DNA of 64,000 bases from an uncultured Acidimicrobiaceae bacterium (GCA_964648795.1 CAZYMB010000002.1:3643-67642), one strand, 5' to 3'; shown: positions 1 through 9,136, numbered from the stretch's first letter. Numbers and translations are program-made. The notes: generated by a model not told the origin, from the sequence alone.

Positions 1-1707
1 CGTCTCGTATTTACCAGAAACAAGCACCTTTTCGGTTCGACTCACAAGCTGCATAACCAGATCTGCCTTCCAGTTACCCCACGCAGAAGGGCCTGTAGAG
101 AGGGCATCGGCCTCGGTCATTGCGTGTAACAAATGTAAGAACTCTACGTTGTCTACCGCTCCCGCAACTAGCGCCGCGGTTGCAGGGTCCGCCAAGTCTC
201 GCCTAGTCGCAACATCAGGCAGCAGTAGGTGGTGTTCGCATAAGTCGACCAATATATCTATGTCAGAGCTGTCAAAGCCCATGCGTTCGCCAATCTCTGC
301 GATCAGCTCGACCCCAACTTCGGTGTGATCCCCGGGAAACCCTTTTCCAATGTCGTGCAGCAAGGCACCGACTACAAGAAGGTCTTTTCGCTTGAGCCTC
401 TTTTTGCGTTCCGGGTCTGCGTTGTTGTATATGTCAGCTGCAGTCGCCGCTGCTTCGCAGAGATGGCGATCGACAGTGAATGTGTGAAGAGCATTTCGCT
501 GTGGCTTGCAGCTAACTTTGGCCCATTCTGGAAAGATAACTTCCATTAGACCAAAGTGGTCTAGGTCTTCTACCACCCTGATCGTTGAAGGGCCTGCAGA
601 GAATAAATCGACAAATTGTGACCTTTCCTCGTCGCCCCAAGGAGTTTCTAACTCAATAGCACTATCGGCAAGTCGACCCAACGTCTGGCGATTCATTGGC
701 ATTTCATTGACTGCTGCGAGAGAAGCTAGTTTTAAAACAAGACAAGGTGACTCTTCTATGTCTATTTCTTCTCGAATTGCCAAGGTCCCATCTACACATT
801 CGAACTCAGAATCATCTGGACCTAACGAAATTAGCTTGCAGGCGTCCTCATTGGTTGCTTTCCAGCGTCTCCAGGCATTGTCTGAATGCCAGCCAACTCG
901 ACGTGCTGCTCGCGCAAGGCGTTGCATAAGTGAAGCCGCCGACTTAGACCATAGCTGGGGATAAATGTCATCTTGCTCGTTGAACGTTAACTTATTCGTC
1001 GAAGAACGGGTAGCCCTGTGAAGTTCCACCCTGGCAGCGAGCAGCAGCTCCCACTCTTTTGCTAGCCGAGATAAGTCGTCGTCAACAAACCCTGGTTGCG
1101 CTTTTTCTGCCCAACGCAGAGCGTGTACATCTCGTAAACCTCCACGACCATTCTTCAAGTTGGGTTCTATTTGGAATGCTGCATCACCAAAACTCCGCTG
1201 GCGTTCTTTCACAGCAGTTTGAAGGGTTCTTAGCTTAGATTGAACATCCGACGTCCACCAAGTCCGGCCTATTGAGCTAGCTTGATTCCCCAGCTCACTA
1301 CTGCCACCCACTAAGTGAGCGTCAAGAATCGAAGTAGACCACTCGAAATTGTCTCTTATTAATTCTTCGAGCTGGCTAAGAGTAACTACAGAATGGCCAA
1401 GACTCAGGCCTTCGTCCCAAACCGGATACCATAGCTTCTCGCAGAACTCGTCAATGTTTTCTATGTTGTTGTGGACCAGTAGTACATCGATGTCGCTGTG
1501 AGGGCAAAGCTCGCGTCGACCATAACCTCCAACAGCTAAGAGAGCCACCTGAGATGTCTCCACCCCGACTGCTTGGCTAGCGTTGGCGAACAAACCAGCC
1601 AGAAACTCGTCAATTAGAACCGAATAAGCCTTCGTAAACTCACTGCCGGTGACTGTCGGCGATATTGAGTCATAAATATAGGTTTGTTGTTTGGTATCGG
1701 AGGCCAC
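1..1707 (-). CDS. glnD: [Protein-PII] uridylyltransferase/uridylyl-removing enzyme GlnD; partial, with the C-terminus beyond the left edge
   Basis: This frame is missing from the ORF track because it runs off the window. My minus-strand translation is open from nt 1 up to an in-frame TGA at 1810-1812. It contains LLAVGGYGRRELCPHSDIDVLLVH (nucleotidyltransferase motif, about nt 1470-1540) and GALLHDIGKGFPGDHTEVG (HD domain, about nt 320-370). Candidate starts are GTG 1707 and TTG 1791, so the start is uncertain. Confidence 0.85.
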   Translation of the reverse strand, partial: MASDTKQQTYIYDSISPTVTGSEFTKAYSVLIDEFLAGLFANASQAVGVETSQVALLAVGGYGRRELCPHSDIDVLLVHNNIENIDEFCEKLWYPVWDEGLSLGHSVVTLSQLEELIRDNFEWSTSILDAHLVGGSSELGNQASSIGRTWWTSDVQSKLRTLQTAVKERQRSFGDAAFQIEPNLKNGRGGLRDVHALRWAEKAQPGFVDDDLSRLAKEWELLLAARVELHRATRSSTNKLTFNEQDDIYPQLWSKSAASLMQRLARAARRVGWHSDNAWRRWKATNEDACKLISLGPDDSEFECVDGTLAIREEIDIEESPCLVLKLASLAAVNEMPMNRQTLGRLADSAIELETPWGDEERSQFVDLFSAGPSTIRVVEDLDHFGLMEVIFPEWAKVSCKPQRNALHTFTVDRHLCEAAATAADIYNNADPERKKRLKRKDLLVVGALLHDIGKGFPGDHTEVGVELIAEIGERMGFDSSDIDILVDLCEHHLLLPDVATRRDLADPATAALVAGAVDNVEFLHLLHAMTEADALSTGPSAWGNWKADLVMQLVSRTEKVLVSGKYET

Positions 1708-1717
1708 CTTGCCAAGG

Positions 1718-2047
1718 CTAGCAAACGAATTGGGCAGGATTGCCGAAAAACTTGCTGCGGGCCAACACTTCGAAACCCAAGCTCTGGGCAAGTTCTCTGT
1801 GTTCTTGGTTCACATGTGAACAAAACCCAACCTTTACTGCACCCGTTGTCGAGCTACTACCGAATAGTTCGCTCAGTTCTTCAGGTTCAACTTTGTCGAG
1901 GTCTACCAACAGCTTCGCAGCTTGGGTAATCTCAGCGTCAGTCAAATTCTTAACTCGAATCAGTCCTTCGATGCTCGACAGCTTTGACCAGTCCATTAGG
2001 TCAGGCACGTAGGCCAAGATGTCTTGAGGGCTATCCGTGGAATTCAT
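1718..2047 (-). CDS. Hypothetical 109-aa protein, or a frameshifted N-terminal extension of GlnD
   Basis: The ORF is in the track. Its ATG overlaps the end of the S1-protein gene by 17 nt, and its TAG lies 10 nt upstream of the GTG-1707 candidate start of glnD. I recognised no family motif. Confidence 0.35.
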   Translation of the reverse strand: MNSTDSPQDILAYVPDLMDWSKLSSIEGLIRVKNLTDAEITQAAKLLVDLDKVEPEELSELFGSSSTTGAVKVGFCSHVNQEHRELAQSLGFEVLARSKFFGNPAQFVC

Positions 2048-3176
2048 TTGCCTGGCGAATAGAAAAACTTAGGCGACGCTTCTTGGCGTCTACCTCGGTC
2101 AATTTAACCGAAACAGTTTCCCCTGGCATCACGACCTCTGATGGGTGCGACACCCTGTACTCTGACAATTCTGAGATATGGACTAGGCCTTGTAGGGAGT
2201 CGACTTTTACGAAGGCTCCATAGTCAACGAGGCAGTCAATTACGCCTGTATGAACTGACCCAACTTCTAAAGCCGCCCACGGGTCAGGCTTGCAAGCTTT
2301 GGCCGATAGCGAAATTTGTCGTTTCTTCTTGTTTACTTGCTCAATACGAACTTCTATTTCATCGCCCACCGAGACAGCATCGGTCAACTTTTTGGGCTGG
2401 TTCCAATCAAGCTCAGTCTTATGCACGAGACCAATAAGGTCTCCCATCTTTACAAAGACTCCGTACTCGGCAATCGAGTCAACTTTGCCTTTGTGAACGG
2501 ACCCAACTTTTAAATTCGAGAAGGCTTCTTGTTGCTGCTTTCTTTTTTCAGCATTCAGAATAGAACGACGAGAAACAATCAGCTTTTGTTTATCACGGTT
2601 AACTTCAACAACTTTGAACTCTAAGAGTTGACCAATGTAGCCCTCTAAGTCATCAGTTGGAGAAAGGGTGAGGTGCGACTTCGGCAAGAATGCTGGCACT
2701 CCTAGGTCTACCTCTAGACCACCACCACGTGTTCTAGTTACTAGACCTTTTGTCATTTCTTTAGATTCGAGTAACTCTTCTGCTTTGTGCCATGCTTGAT
2801 CTTTAAGTGCCCATGCTCGAGACAGCACCACTCGTTTAGACACATGTTCACGGTCTAGCTCGACGCCAAAACACTTGTCACCAACCGACACAATGTCATC
2901 TGGTCGTTCGTTATGTAGCCCAAATTCGTTTCGTTCAATTATTGCCGGACGACCATCGTCTAGATCTAACTCAACTGACTGGACAGAAACAGCTGTTACC
3001 ACGCCTTCAATTACAGAACCTATGTTGGTCTTAACTGGTTTAGCTTCGACCATTGTGGTCTCTGCACTGATCGAGTCACCAACCGTTGGTGTTTCCGAGC
3101 TGCTTTCACTCGCTGACACAGAGACATCTTTAGTCCCAGCGTCAGTTTCTGAATTGTCAGTAGCTGGGGTATCCAC
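2031..3176 (-). CDS. S1 RNA-binding domain protein (ribosomal protein S1-like, about four S1 repeats, acidic Ser/Thr-rich N-terminus)
   Basis: The protein has repeated S1-type segments (GSVIEGVVTAV..., GDKCFGVEL..., GQLLEFKVVEVN..., GSVHKGKVDSIAEYGVFVK..., GSVHTGVIDCLVDYGAFVKV...GLVHISEL). The GTG start overlaps the hemQ stop (TAGTG). An internal start at MVEAKP is also possible. Confidence 0.7.
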   Translation of the reverse strand: MDTPATDNSETDAGTKDVSVSASESSSETPTVGDSISAETTMVEAKPVKTNIGSVIEGVVTAVSVQSVELDLDDGRPAIIERNEFGLHNERPDDIVSVGDKCFGVELDREHVSKRVVLSRAWALKDQAWHKAEELLESKEMTKGLVTRTRGGGLEVDLGVPAFLPKSHLTLSPTDDLEGYIGQLLEFKVVEVNRDKQKLIVSRRSILNAEKRKQQQEAFSNLKVGSVHKGKVDSIAEYGVFVKMGDLIGLVHKTELDWNQPKKLTDAVSVGDEIEVRIEQVNKKKRQISLSAKACKPDPWAALEVGSVHTGVIDCLVDYGAFVKVDSLQGLVHISELSEYRVSHPSEVVMPGETVSVKLTEVDAKKRRLSFSIRQANEFHG

Positions 3177-3868
3177 TAGTCCTCTATCCCAGCCGCCGCT
3201 GCTACATCTGATGGTGTTCCTACAGTCCCAACAAAGAAATCGCCAAAGTCAGCATATTTAGATGAAGCTTCGTCGAATCTCATGGTGTAGACAGCATCCT
3301 TTACATCGTCAGGGTTCTTCCCAAATAAGGTAACCCCCCACTCATAGCGATCTAGTCCCGTAGAGCCCGTAATTAATTGGACAATTCTGCCTCGGAAAGT
3401 TTTGCCTGATTTGCCATGACCCATCATTAAGGCTTGTCTGGTCTCAAAATCTGTGTCGTACCAGTTAGCTCCAGGGATGCGAAGTTTACTCATTGGGTAG
3501 AAGCAGTATGAATTCATGCCTTCTGGAGGAAGGTTTGGATACAGACGAGCGTTTTTCATCTCTTCGGGGACTCCGGCGGCGTATTCGCTGACTTCAGTTA
3601 GCGAAACGTAGCTGTCTACCGGATCTAACCCGACTTTAGCGAGGTCTGATTGAAGTAAACGTAAGTCGTTAAAGTCAGGTGAGAGAGCAAGGACGCTTAG
3701 GTCTGCTTTGTGTCCAAGAATTGTTGCCGTCACAGCCTGGCAGTCATCTTTGGAAGAGAATTTATCGATAGTTGATGCAAAATCGCTGATCGAAGCCTCG
3801 GAATTGGCCTTATAAAAAAGGTGCAGGCAGCCAAGACCTTCACTGGGAATGGTGTTTGGAAGTGTCAT
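3176..3868 (-). CDS. hemQ: Coproheme decarboxylase / hydrogen-peroxide-dependent heme synthase (chlorite dismutase family, HemQ/ChdC)
   Basis: The family hallmarks are present: FYPMSKLR...NWY, GSTGLDRYEWGVTLF and MRFDEASSKYADFGDFFVG. Confidence 0.8.
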   Translation of the reverse strand: MTLPNTIPSEGLGCLHLFYKANSEASISDFASTIDKFSSKDDCQAVTATILGHKADLSVLALSPDFNDLRLLQSDLAKVGLDPVDSYVSLTEVSEYAAGVPEEMKNARLYPNLPPEGMNSYCFYPMSKLRIPGANWYDTDFETRQALMMGHGKSGKTFRGRIVQLITGSTGLDRYEWGVTLFGKNPDDVKDAVYTMRFDEASSKYADFGDFFVGTVGTPSDVAAAAGIED

Positions 3869-3974
3869 TGTCTGAGCCTACCAAGTCGAGTAAAACTCTG
3901 TCCACCGAGACCTTGCAATTAGGGGTGCTAGTTCGCAAATTACCTGCTACATTGACAAAGCCTATTTATTGCTG

Positions 3975-4047
3975 GCCCCCATCGTCCAGCGGCCTAGGAC
4001 GCCTGCCTTTCACGCAGGTAACACGGGTTCAAATCCCGTTGGGGGTA
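3975..4047 (+). tRNA. tRNA-Glu (anticodon UUC)
   Basis: I folded a cloverleaf by eye. The acceptor is GCCCCCA/TGGGGGT (G1-U72 wobble), the D stem GTCC/GGAC, the anticodon stem CCTGC/GCAGG with loop CT-TTC-AC, and the T arm ACGGG-TTCAAAT-CCCGT. Confidence 0.85.
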
Positions 4048-4062
4048 CTCGCTTTAAATTCT

Positions 4063-4137
4063 GGTCCCGTGGTTCAGTTTGGTTAGAACGCCGCCCTGTC
4101 AAGGCGGAGGTCGCGAGTTCAAATCTCGTCGGGACCG
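4063..4137 (+). tRNA. tRNA-Asp (anticodon GUC)
   Basis: The acceptor is GGTCCCG/CGGGACC, the anticodon loop CT-GTC-AA within GCCGCCCTGTCAAGGCGG, and the T arm GCGAG-TTCAAAT-CTCGT. Confidence 0.9.
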
Positions 4138-4190
4138 CTCATTGGCTCTTCAAAGCCTGGCTTTAGCCGGGTGATGAGAAGTCAAGGGGA

Positions 4191-4266
4191 GGTCGGGTAG
4201 CTCAGTTGGCAGAGCGGACGCCTGAAAAGCGTTAGGTCGCCGGATCGACGCCGGCCCCGACCACCA
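4191..4266 (+). tRNA. tRNA-Phe (anticodon GAA), with an encoded CCA end
   Basis: The acceptor is GGTCGGG/CCCGACC, the D arm is TAGCTCAGTTGGCAGAGC, the anticodon loop is CT-GAA-AA, and the 3' end reads ACCA. Confidence 0.9.
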
Positions 4267-4267
4267 C

Positions 4268-4298
4268 AAAAAGCCCGCAGTTAATAGCTGTGGGCTTT
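4268..4298. terminator. Hairpin between the tRNA cluster and the convergent lipoprotein gene; probably a bidirectional intrinsic terminator
   Basis: AAAGCCCGCAG-ttaatag-CTGTGGGCTTT forms an 11-bp stem with one G-U pair. The minus strand has a T5 run after the stem (rc of CACAAAAA). The plus strand has only a weak TTT. Confidence 0.6.
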
Positions 4299-4311
4299 AG
4301 TGTTTGTAGCT

Positions 4312-4989
4312 CTATCGAGTCAGACGTTGAGGTGGCTGACACTGCAATGCCATATTCGTCCTGGTGTCAACATCGACAGTCTGTGCATTGATAACTTGGG
4401 AAACAATTTCCTCAAAAGAACGGTCTCGACTTCCTTCTGCCAACCAGGTGGGACCAATGCCTTCTACTTGAACACGCATAAGACGTGAAGGGTTGCCCGT
4501 TTGTCGCAGTCCCAGGTTCTGTAATGTCTCGATGTAATTGTCAAAGCCAATGAATATTTGCGTCTCTAAAGATCTGTCGATTTGGCAGTTAACGATCGAT
4601 GGCAAATCGATAACAAGAAATAGATTTCCCGAGGAGTCAGAAAATGGGCCATTGCTGACCAGCCAGGCGTCCCCGAAGTCCTCGCCACTATCTCTCCAAC
4701 CCTGCAAGAAGCTCGTAGCGTTAGTCCTTGCTGCCAAGAACTCGTATCTTTCTGCAGCCTCAGCAAACGCTTCGTTTCTATCTAGCTGAACTTCAGGTGG
4801 AGCTGTTGGAGGATCCTCAAAGGCCGATCCCTGCGATAAATTCTCTGGCAAGCTTTCTGATAGTGGTCGATTCTCTGCAACAAATGGAAGTTCACCGCTA
4901 CAGGCGCTAGCCGCTACAGCTGTACCAAGAAAGCCTGCTCTTCGCAGGAAGACTCTTCGAGAAAACACTCTTGAACTTGGATTCGCCAC
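4312..4989 (-). CDS. Hypothetical Tat-signal lipoprotein
   Basis: The N-terminus SRRVFLRRAGFLGTAVAASAC carries a twin-arginine-like motif followed by a lipobox Cys. The mature part shows no recognisable domain. Confidence 0.5.
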   Translation of the reverse strand: MANPSSRVFSRRVFLRRAGFLGTAVAASACSGELPFVAENRPLSESLPENLSQGSAFEDPPTAPPEVQLDRNEAFAEAAERYEFLAARTNATSFLQGWRDSGEDFGDAWLVSNGPFSDSSGNLFLVIDLPSIVNCQIDRSLETQIFIGFDNYIETLQNLGLRQTGNPSRLMRVQVEGIGPTWLAEGSRDRSFEEIVSQVINAQTVDVDTRTNMALQCQPPQRLTR

Positions 4990-5008
4990 AGTAGTTAATT
5001 GTACAGAG

Positions 5009-5992
5009 TTAGCTAGAAAGTGCTCTGGCTACGTCCTTGGCGAAGTAGGTCAGAATAAATGATGCCCCGGCACGCTTGATAGAGGTCAGTGTTTCCCACA
5101 TTAGGGCGTCTCCGTCGACCCAGCCGTTGGCTGCTGCTGCTTTTATCATGGCGTACTCGCCACTCACTTGGTATGCCGCTACTGGGCAGTTAACTTCGCT
5201 TCTTATCTTTGCGATTACATCTAGGTATGCAAGCGCTGGTTTAACCATGACCATGTCTGCGCCTTCAAGAATGTCTAGCTCAACTTCGACGGAAGACTCA
5301 TTCGTGTTGTGCCAGTCCTGTTGGTAGGCCTTGCGGTTTCCGCCGCCAGCTATCTGGACATTAACAGCATCACGGAATGGCCCGTAGAAAGAGCTAGCGA
5401 ACTTGGCTGAGTAGGCAAGTATTGGAAGATCAACAAACCCTTCGCCATCTAGTGCTTTACGAATGGCGCCTACTTGGCCATCCATCATTCCCGACGGAGC
5501 AATTACTTGGGCTCCTGCTCTTGCTTGAGCGAGTGCTACTTCTGCATAAAGACCAATAGTTTCGTCGTTGTTGATAGTTCCATCTTTTTCAACGATGCCG
5601 CAGTGGCCGTGGTCGGTGTATTCGTCGAGACAAAGGTCTGACATGATTGAGATTTCAGAACCGAACTTTGCTGAAATTTCTGACAACGCTACTTGGACTA
5701 CACCATCAGGGTTCCAAGCCTCAGAACCAACAGCGTCTTTGTTTTTTGGCAGACCGAACAAAATAATTCCTGGAACACCGAGCTCCACAAGTTCTGCAAC
5801 TTCATTAAGCAGCGAGGTTTGGGTGTGTTGAAAAACTCCAGGCAAAGATGAGACTTCTGCTGGCTCTGTCAAGGTTTCTGAAACAAAGAGAGGAGCTACT
5901 AAATCGGACACACCAATGTTTGTTTCTGCGACCAATCTACGAATCGATTCGGTTGATCTAAGTCTGCGGGGGCGGAAGTCTGGGTAAGCCAT
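5009..5992 (-). CDS. hemB: Porphobilinogen synthase (delta-aminolevulinate dehydratase)
   Basis: The N-terminus FRPRRLRSTESIRRLVAET is typical. The length is 327 aa, and MVKPALAYLDVI and SGEYAM motifs are present. It lies next to hemD and hemC. Confidence 0.9.
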   Translation of the reverse strand: MAYPDFRPRRLRSTESIRRLVAETNIGVSDLVAPLFVSETLTEPAEVSSLPGVFQHTQTSLLNEVAELVELGVPGIILFGLPKNKDAVGSEAWNPDGVVQVALSEISAKFGSEISIMSDLCLDEYTDHGHCGIVEKDGTINNDETIGLYAEVALAQARAGAQVIAPSGMMDGQVGAIRKALDGEGFVDLPILAYSAKFASSFYGPFRDAVNVQIAGGGNRKAYQQDWHNTNESSVEVELDILEGADMVMVKPALAYLDVIAKIRSEVNCPVAAYQVSGEYAMIKAAAANGWVDGDALMWETLTSIKRAGASFILTYFAKDVARALSS

Positions 5993-6003
5993 GAAAGCTC
6001 AGC

Positions 6004-6711
6004 CTACCTGGGCATTGATGAGAGCCAATTCTTGAGCTGGACTAAAAGCTCGATATCAGAACCCATATCAGCAATAAAATCGGCAGCAAAATCCAGCCGC
6101 TCGAGATGAGCTGCCGTTGTATACCCTATTACACCAATATTTCCCTTGTACGAACTGAGAAACCCATCTGCGGCTTCGATTGCACTCGGACTAGCGAAGA
6201 ATACGGCAGAACTCGAGTTTAAAGTGGCTTGCTCCTCTTCTGAAATAGGGATCGAAACATTTTTGTAGACCTCTCTGGTCTCAACTGCAGCACCAGAACC
6301 TGCACATAGGTGAGCTATTTGTGAATCAGACGATGAACCTTGCAGTACAAACACTTTGTTTGATTCTTCTAAACAAGCGACAGCTTCGACAGCCAAAGTC
6401 TTTCCATCAGGATTAGAAGCAACTTGAATCTGGTCGAAACCACCAGTGCGCAGCTTTGCGCCAAGGCGTTCAGAAAGGACAGCGAAACTACTATTTTGAA
6501 AATCTTTTGCATGGGCCAAGACATAGTCAACGGCATAACTAGAAGAGCAAACAACGAGACGACTATTTCCACGAAGCCACGTCGGCTCGTCATCTGAGAT
6601 TGAAATCTCAATCAGCGGAAGGTGCTCGACACTGAAGCCATCGGCAATAAGGTCGCCACAAAGACTACCTAACGATCTACCCGCATGAGTTAAAACTAGA
6701 TCTACGCTCAC
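6004..6711 (-). CDS. hemD: Uroporphyrinogen-III synthase
   Basis: The 235-aa protein sits between hemC and hemB. It shows the two-lobed HemD pattern (VVCSSSYAVDYV... and AVFFASPSAIEA...). Sequence conservation is weak, as is usual for this family. Confidence 0.65.
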   Translation of the reverse strand: MSVDLVLTHAGRSLGSLCGDLIADGFSVEHLPLIEISISDDEPTWLRGNSRLVVCSSSYAVDYVLAHAKDFQNSSFAVLSERLGAKLRTGGFDQIQVASNPDGKTLAVEAVACLEESNKVFVLQGSSSDSQIAHLCAGSGAAVETREVYKNVSIPISEEEQATLNSSSAVFFASPSAIEAADGFLSSYKGNIGVIGYTTAAHLERLDFAADFIADMGSDIELLVQLKNWLSSMPR

Positions 6712-6715
6712 AGGC

Positions 6716-7582
6716 CTAGTCTAAGTCGGCTACGAGAGCCTTGGCGAGGGTGTTGCCCACATCGTCGGCTGTAGAGCCAGCGGCTTCGCTATGAGCAAAC
6801 TTTGATTCTCCGTCGCTTAGGAAGCCAAGTATTGAGATTTGGTCGCCGTCTATTGTGGCATGAGCACCACCTGGAAGATCACAATTGCCGTCTAGTGCAG
6901 TAAGAAAAGCTCGCTCGGCATCTACTGCCAGCTGTGTTTCACGATGGTTTATCATTGCACATAGCTCAAGAGTTGAAACATCATCTGATCTTGTTTCGAC
7001 TGCAATTGCAGCTTGTCCAACCTGAGGCACAAAGTCTTCTAATGGAAGAACGTCGACAACTTCGGGCTCTCTACCCAGGCGAGTGAGCGCACAGTATGCC
7101 ATCACAATAGCGTCCACCTCATCAAGCTTCATGAGCCTTGTGTCTATGTTGCCACGCAACTCGACAAAGTTAAGATCCGGTCTGCGCTCCAAGAGTTGTG
7201 CACGTCGACGCGCTGACCCGGTCGCAATAGTTGCACCCTTAGCTAGACCATCGAGCGTTGAACCAATAAGGCAGTCTCTGGCGTCGCCTCGCTCTATATA
7301 GCCTGCGATTGAAAGACCAGGCACCTCAACGGCCTGCATATCTTTTGATGAGTGAACGGCTATGTCTGCTTCGCCTGCAAGTACCAAATTCTGAACCTCT
7401 TTACAGAATGCACCCTTGCCAGCAAATGAAGAAATAGGAATTGTTAAGTCTTTGTCAACTTTGGTTTCAACACCAACCATTCGTGGTTCGATCGAAGGGT
7501 CAGCCGCAACGAGGGCTTTGGCGACAGCTTTTGCCTGCCACATTGCCAATGAACTTCGTCTTGTCGCTATACGAACAATCAT
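6716..7582 (-). CDS. hemC: Hydroxymethylbilane synthase (porphobilinogen deaminase)
   Basis: IRIATRRSSLAMWQAKAV, VHSSKDM and RGNIDTRL motifs are present. The likely start is the MIVRIATR Met at 7582 rather than the ORF maximum at 7612. Confidence 0.9.
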   Translation of the reverse strand: MIVRIATRRSSLAMWQAKAVAKALVAADPSIEPRMVGVETKVDKDLTIPISSFAGKGAFCKEVQNLVLAGEADIAVHSSKDMQAVEVPGLSIAGYIERGDARDCLIGSTLDGLAKGATIATGSARRRAQLLERRPDLNFVELRGNIDTRLMKLDEVDAIVMAYCALTRLGREPEVVDVLPLEDFVPQVGQAAIAVETRSDDVSTLELCAMINHRETQLAVDAERAFLTALDGNCDLPGGAHATIDGDQISILGFLSDGESKFAHSEAAGSTADDVGNTLAKALVADLD

Positions 7583-7760
7583 GTGTCTAGTTCCGTGATT
7601 CGCACATGACAAAGGCTACGCCTCAGAACCGCAAAAACCGCTTACAGAACTAGTGTTTGAGCACTTTGGAGTGCCAACTAGGCGAGCACCAGAACTTGAA
7701 CTAGGAAAGCCCCCAGAATTAGGGCTAAAAGGAGTGCGAGCGTTATTACTACAGAAAGTC

Positions 7761-8579
7761 TCATTGCTTAATCTCAACGTGGGTCGACGAGCCTGATTCT
7801 AGCGTTGCGGCTGCTATCTGAACGTGTGCGCCAACCAAAATGCCGGCAATCTCGGCTGCATTAGCCCGCAATGCTGCGATCGATACCAAGCCCGACGAGT
7901 TAGGCAACACACCAACTTCTCCCTCAGCCAATTCAGAAATCGCATTTACTGCTTTCATTACCGAACTCGATTTGTCGACAGTTACTTCGACAGTTGCGCC
8001 AAGCTTAGCCACATGCTCGCCTTCCAAGTTTAGGTGGATGTTGCCGAACCGATCTATCCAAAGCACCTGAGCATCAACACTTCCATCTTCTCGAATCTCG
8101 GCCACTGGCATAAGTTGTGGTACAAGTGTTGAGCTATCGATTTGTTTTCCTAGCTCGTTCGCCGGTGTCCCCGCCGCAAGTTTGGCTACAACTGGTGCCA
8201 TGATGTCTCGTGACTTGGAGACACCAACAGAAGAATCAAATTCGATCTCGAAGGCGTTGGTTGCTCCCCCAACTAAAGCAACAGCTGCTGCCATTACCCC
8301 GTTATCGGGGCCAACAAGATAGGACTGGCCGTCTCCAACTTCGACTATTACTGGTCTCCCATCGTGAGGGTCCACCATGCACATAACTATTCCTGGTTGA
8401 AGAAAGTCAACTGAGCGAGCCAAGACATAGGATGCTTCGTTTGTGGCAAATGGAGTGACATCGTGTGTTAGGTCAACAATGTTTGCAAGCGGTGCAAACT
8501 CGGCAATAACAGATTTAATCTGGCCGACTTGTCCGTCAGCCGAGCCCAGGTCTGAAATTAGAGTGATTGTATTAGCCAC
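7761..8579 (-). CDS. SAM hydroxide adenosyltransferase family protein (DUF62; chlorinase/fluorinase-like)
   Basis: The N-terminus ITLISDLGSADGQVGQIKSVI...IVDLTHDV...MVDPHDG matches the family signature as I remember it. Confidence 0.7.
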   Translation of the reverse strand: MANTITLISDLGSADGQVGQIKSVIAEFAPLANIVDLTHDVTPFATNEASYVLARSVDFLQPGIVMCMVDPHDGRPVIVEVGDGQSYLVGPDNGVMAAAVALVGGATNAFEIEFDSSVGVSKSRDIMAPVVAKLAAGTPANELGKQIDSSTLVPQLMPVAEIREDGSVDAQVLWIDRFGNIHLNLEGEHVAKLGATVEVTVDKSSSVMKAVNAISELAEGEVGVLPNSSGLVSIAALRANAAEIAGILVGAHVQIAAATLESGSSTHVEIKQ

Positions 8580-8596
8580 AGAAATAGGATTCTAGG

Positions 8597-9136
8597 CTAC
8601 TTTCTGAATGCGTCCTCAGTTGTGGCTGCACCACTGGCGTAGCGGCCACCAATTTCACGTTGGATGCCATCAATCTTTTCGTGAAGTTCACGGCGCCCAC
8701 CAGATAGGTCCTCTTCGAATGACTTTAGTGAAGCCAAATGCTCGTTGAGATCTTGTTCTGAAGCGTCACCAATACTGGAGAGCTGGCTTGCTGAGATTAA
8801 GCTATCGAGCTTTGAGATAAGTTCGTGTGCAACTGGTCCTGGCTCGTTGATAGTTAGCCGGCCACTTCGAGAAGCGGCTGGGGCATCCGCCAAAATATCT
8901 GGTAGCTCGAACAGCACCTCAGTTGCATCCACTTCTGTGGCTGCTTCACGGTTTTCTCGGTTAGCTACTTCGTGACCGACAATATCCATACGGCCTTGAG
9001 TAAGTCGGCGAACTAAAGATAGATCTGTTTCGGCGCCCTGTAGTTGAGTTCTCATCTCACGGAGTTGAGGCAACTCTGCACCCGCTAGGTCAGAATGAAT
9101 AGAGTCTTCGAGTAATTGGCTTATTGCTTGTATCAC
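8597..9136 (-). CDS. RsiG-like coiled-coil protein (putative c-di-GMP-binding anti-sigma factor family)
   Basis: The protein has two copies of the E-x3-S-x2-R-x3-Q-x3-D type motif. The first, ETDLSLVRRLTQGRMD (aa 36-51), matches exactly. The second, EEDLSGGRRELHEKID (aa 141-156), has Q replaced by H. The size (179 aa) and helical character also fit. Confidence 0.55.
   Translation of the reverse strand: MIQAISQLLEDSIHSDLAGAELPQLREMRTQLQGAETDLSLVRRLTQGRMDIVGHEVANRENREAATEVDATEVLFELPDILADAPAASRSGRLTINEPGPVAHELISKLDSLISASQLSSIGDASEQDLNEHLASLKSFEEDLSGGRRELHEKIDGIQREIGGRYASGAATTEDAFRK

Noticed and set aside
506-964. 152-aa and 60-74-aa plus-strand ORFs at the left edge.
   Set aside because: They are antisense to the glnD frame, which carries unambiguous NTase and HD motifs.
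3856-4166. 76-aa and 65-aa plus-strand ORFs.
   Set aside because: They run through the tRNA-Glu and tRNA-Asp genes and are artefacts.
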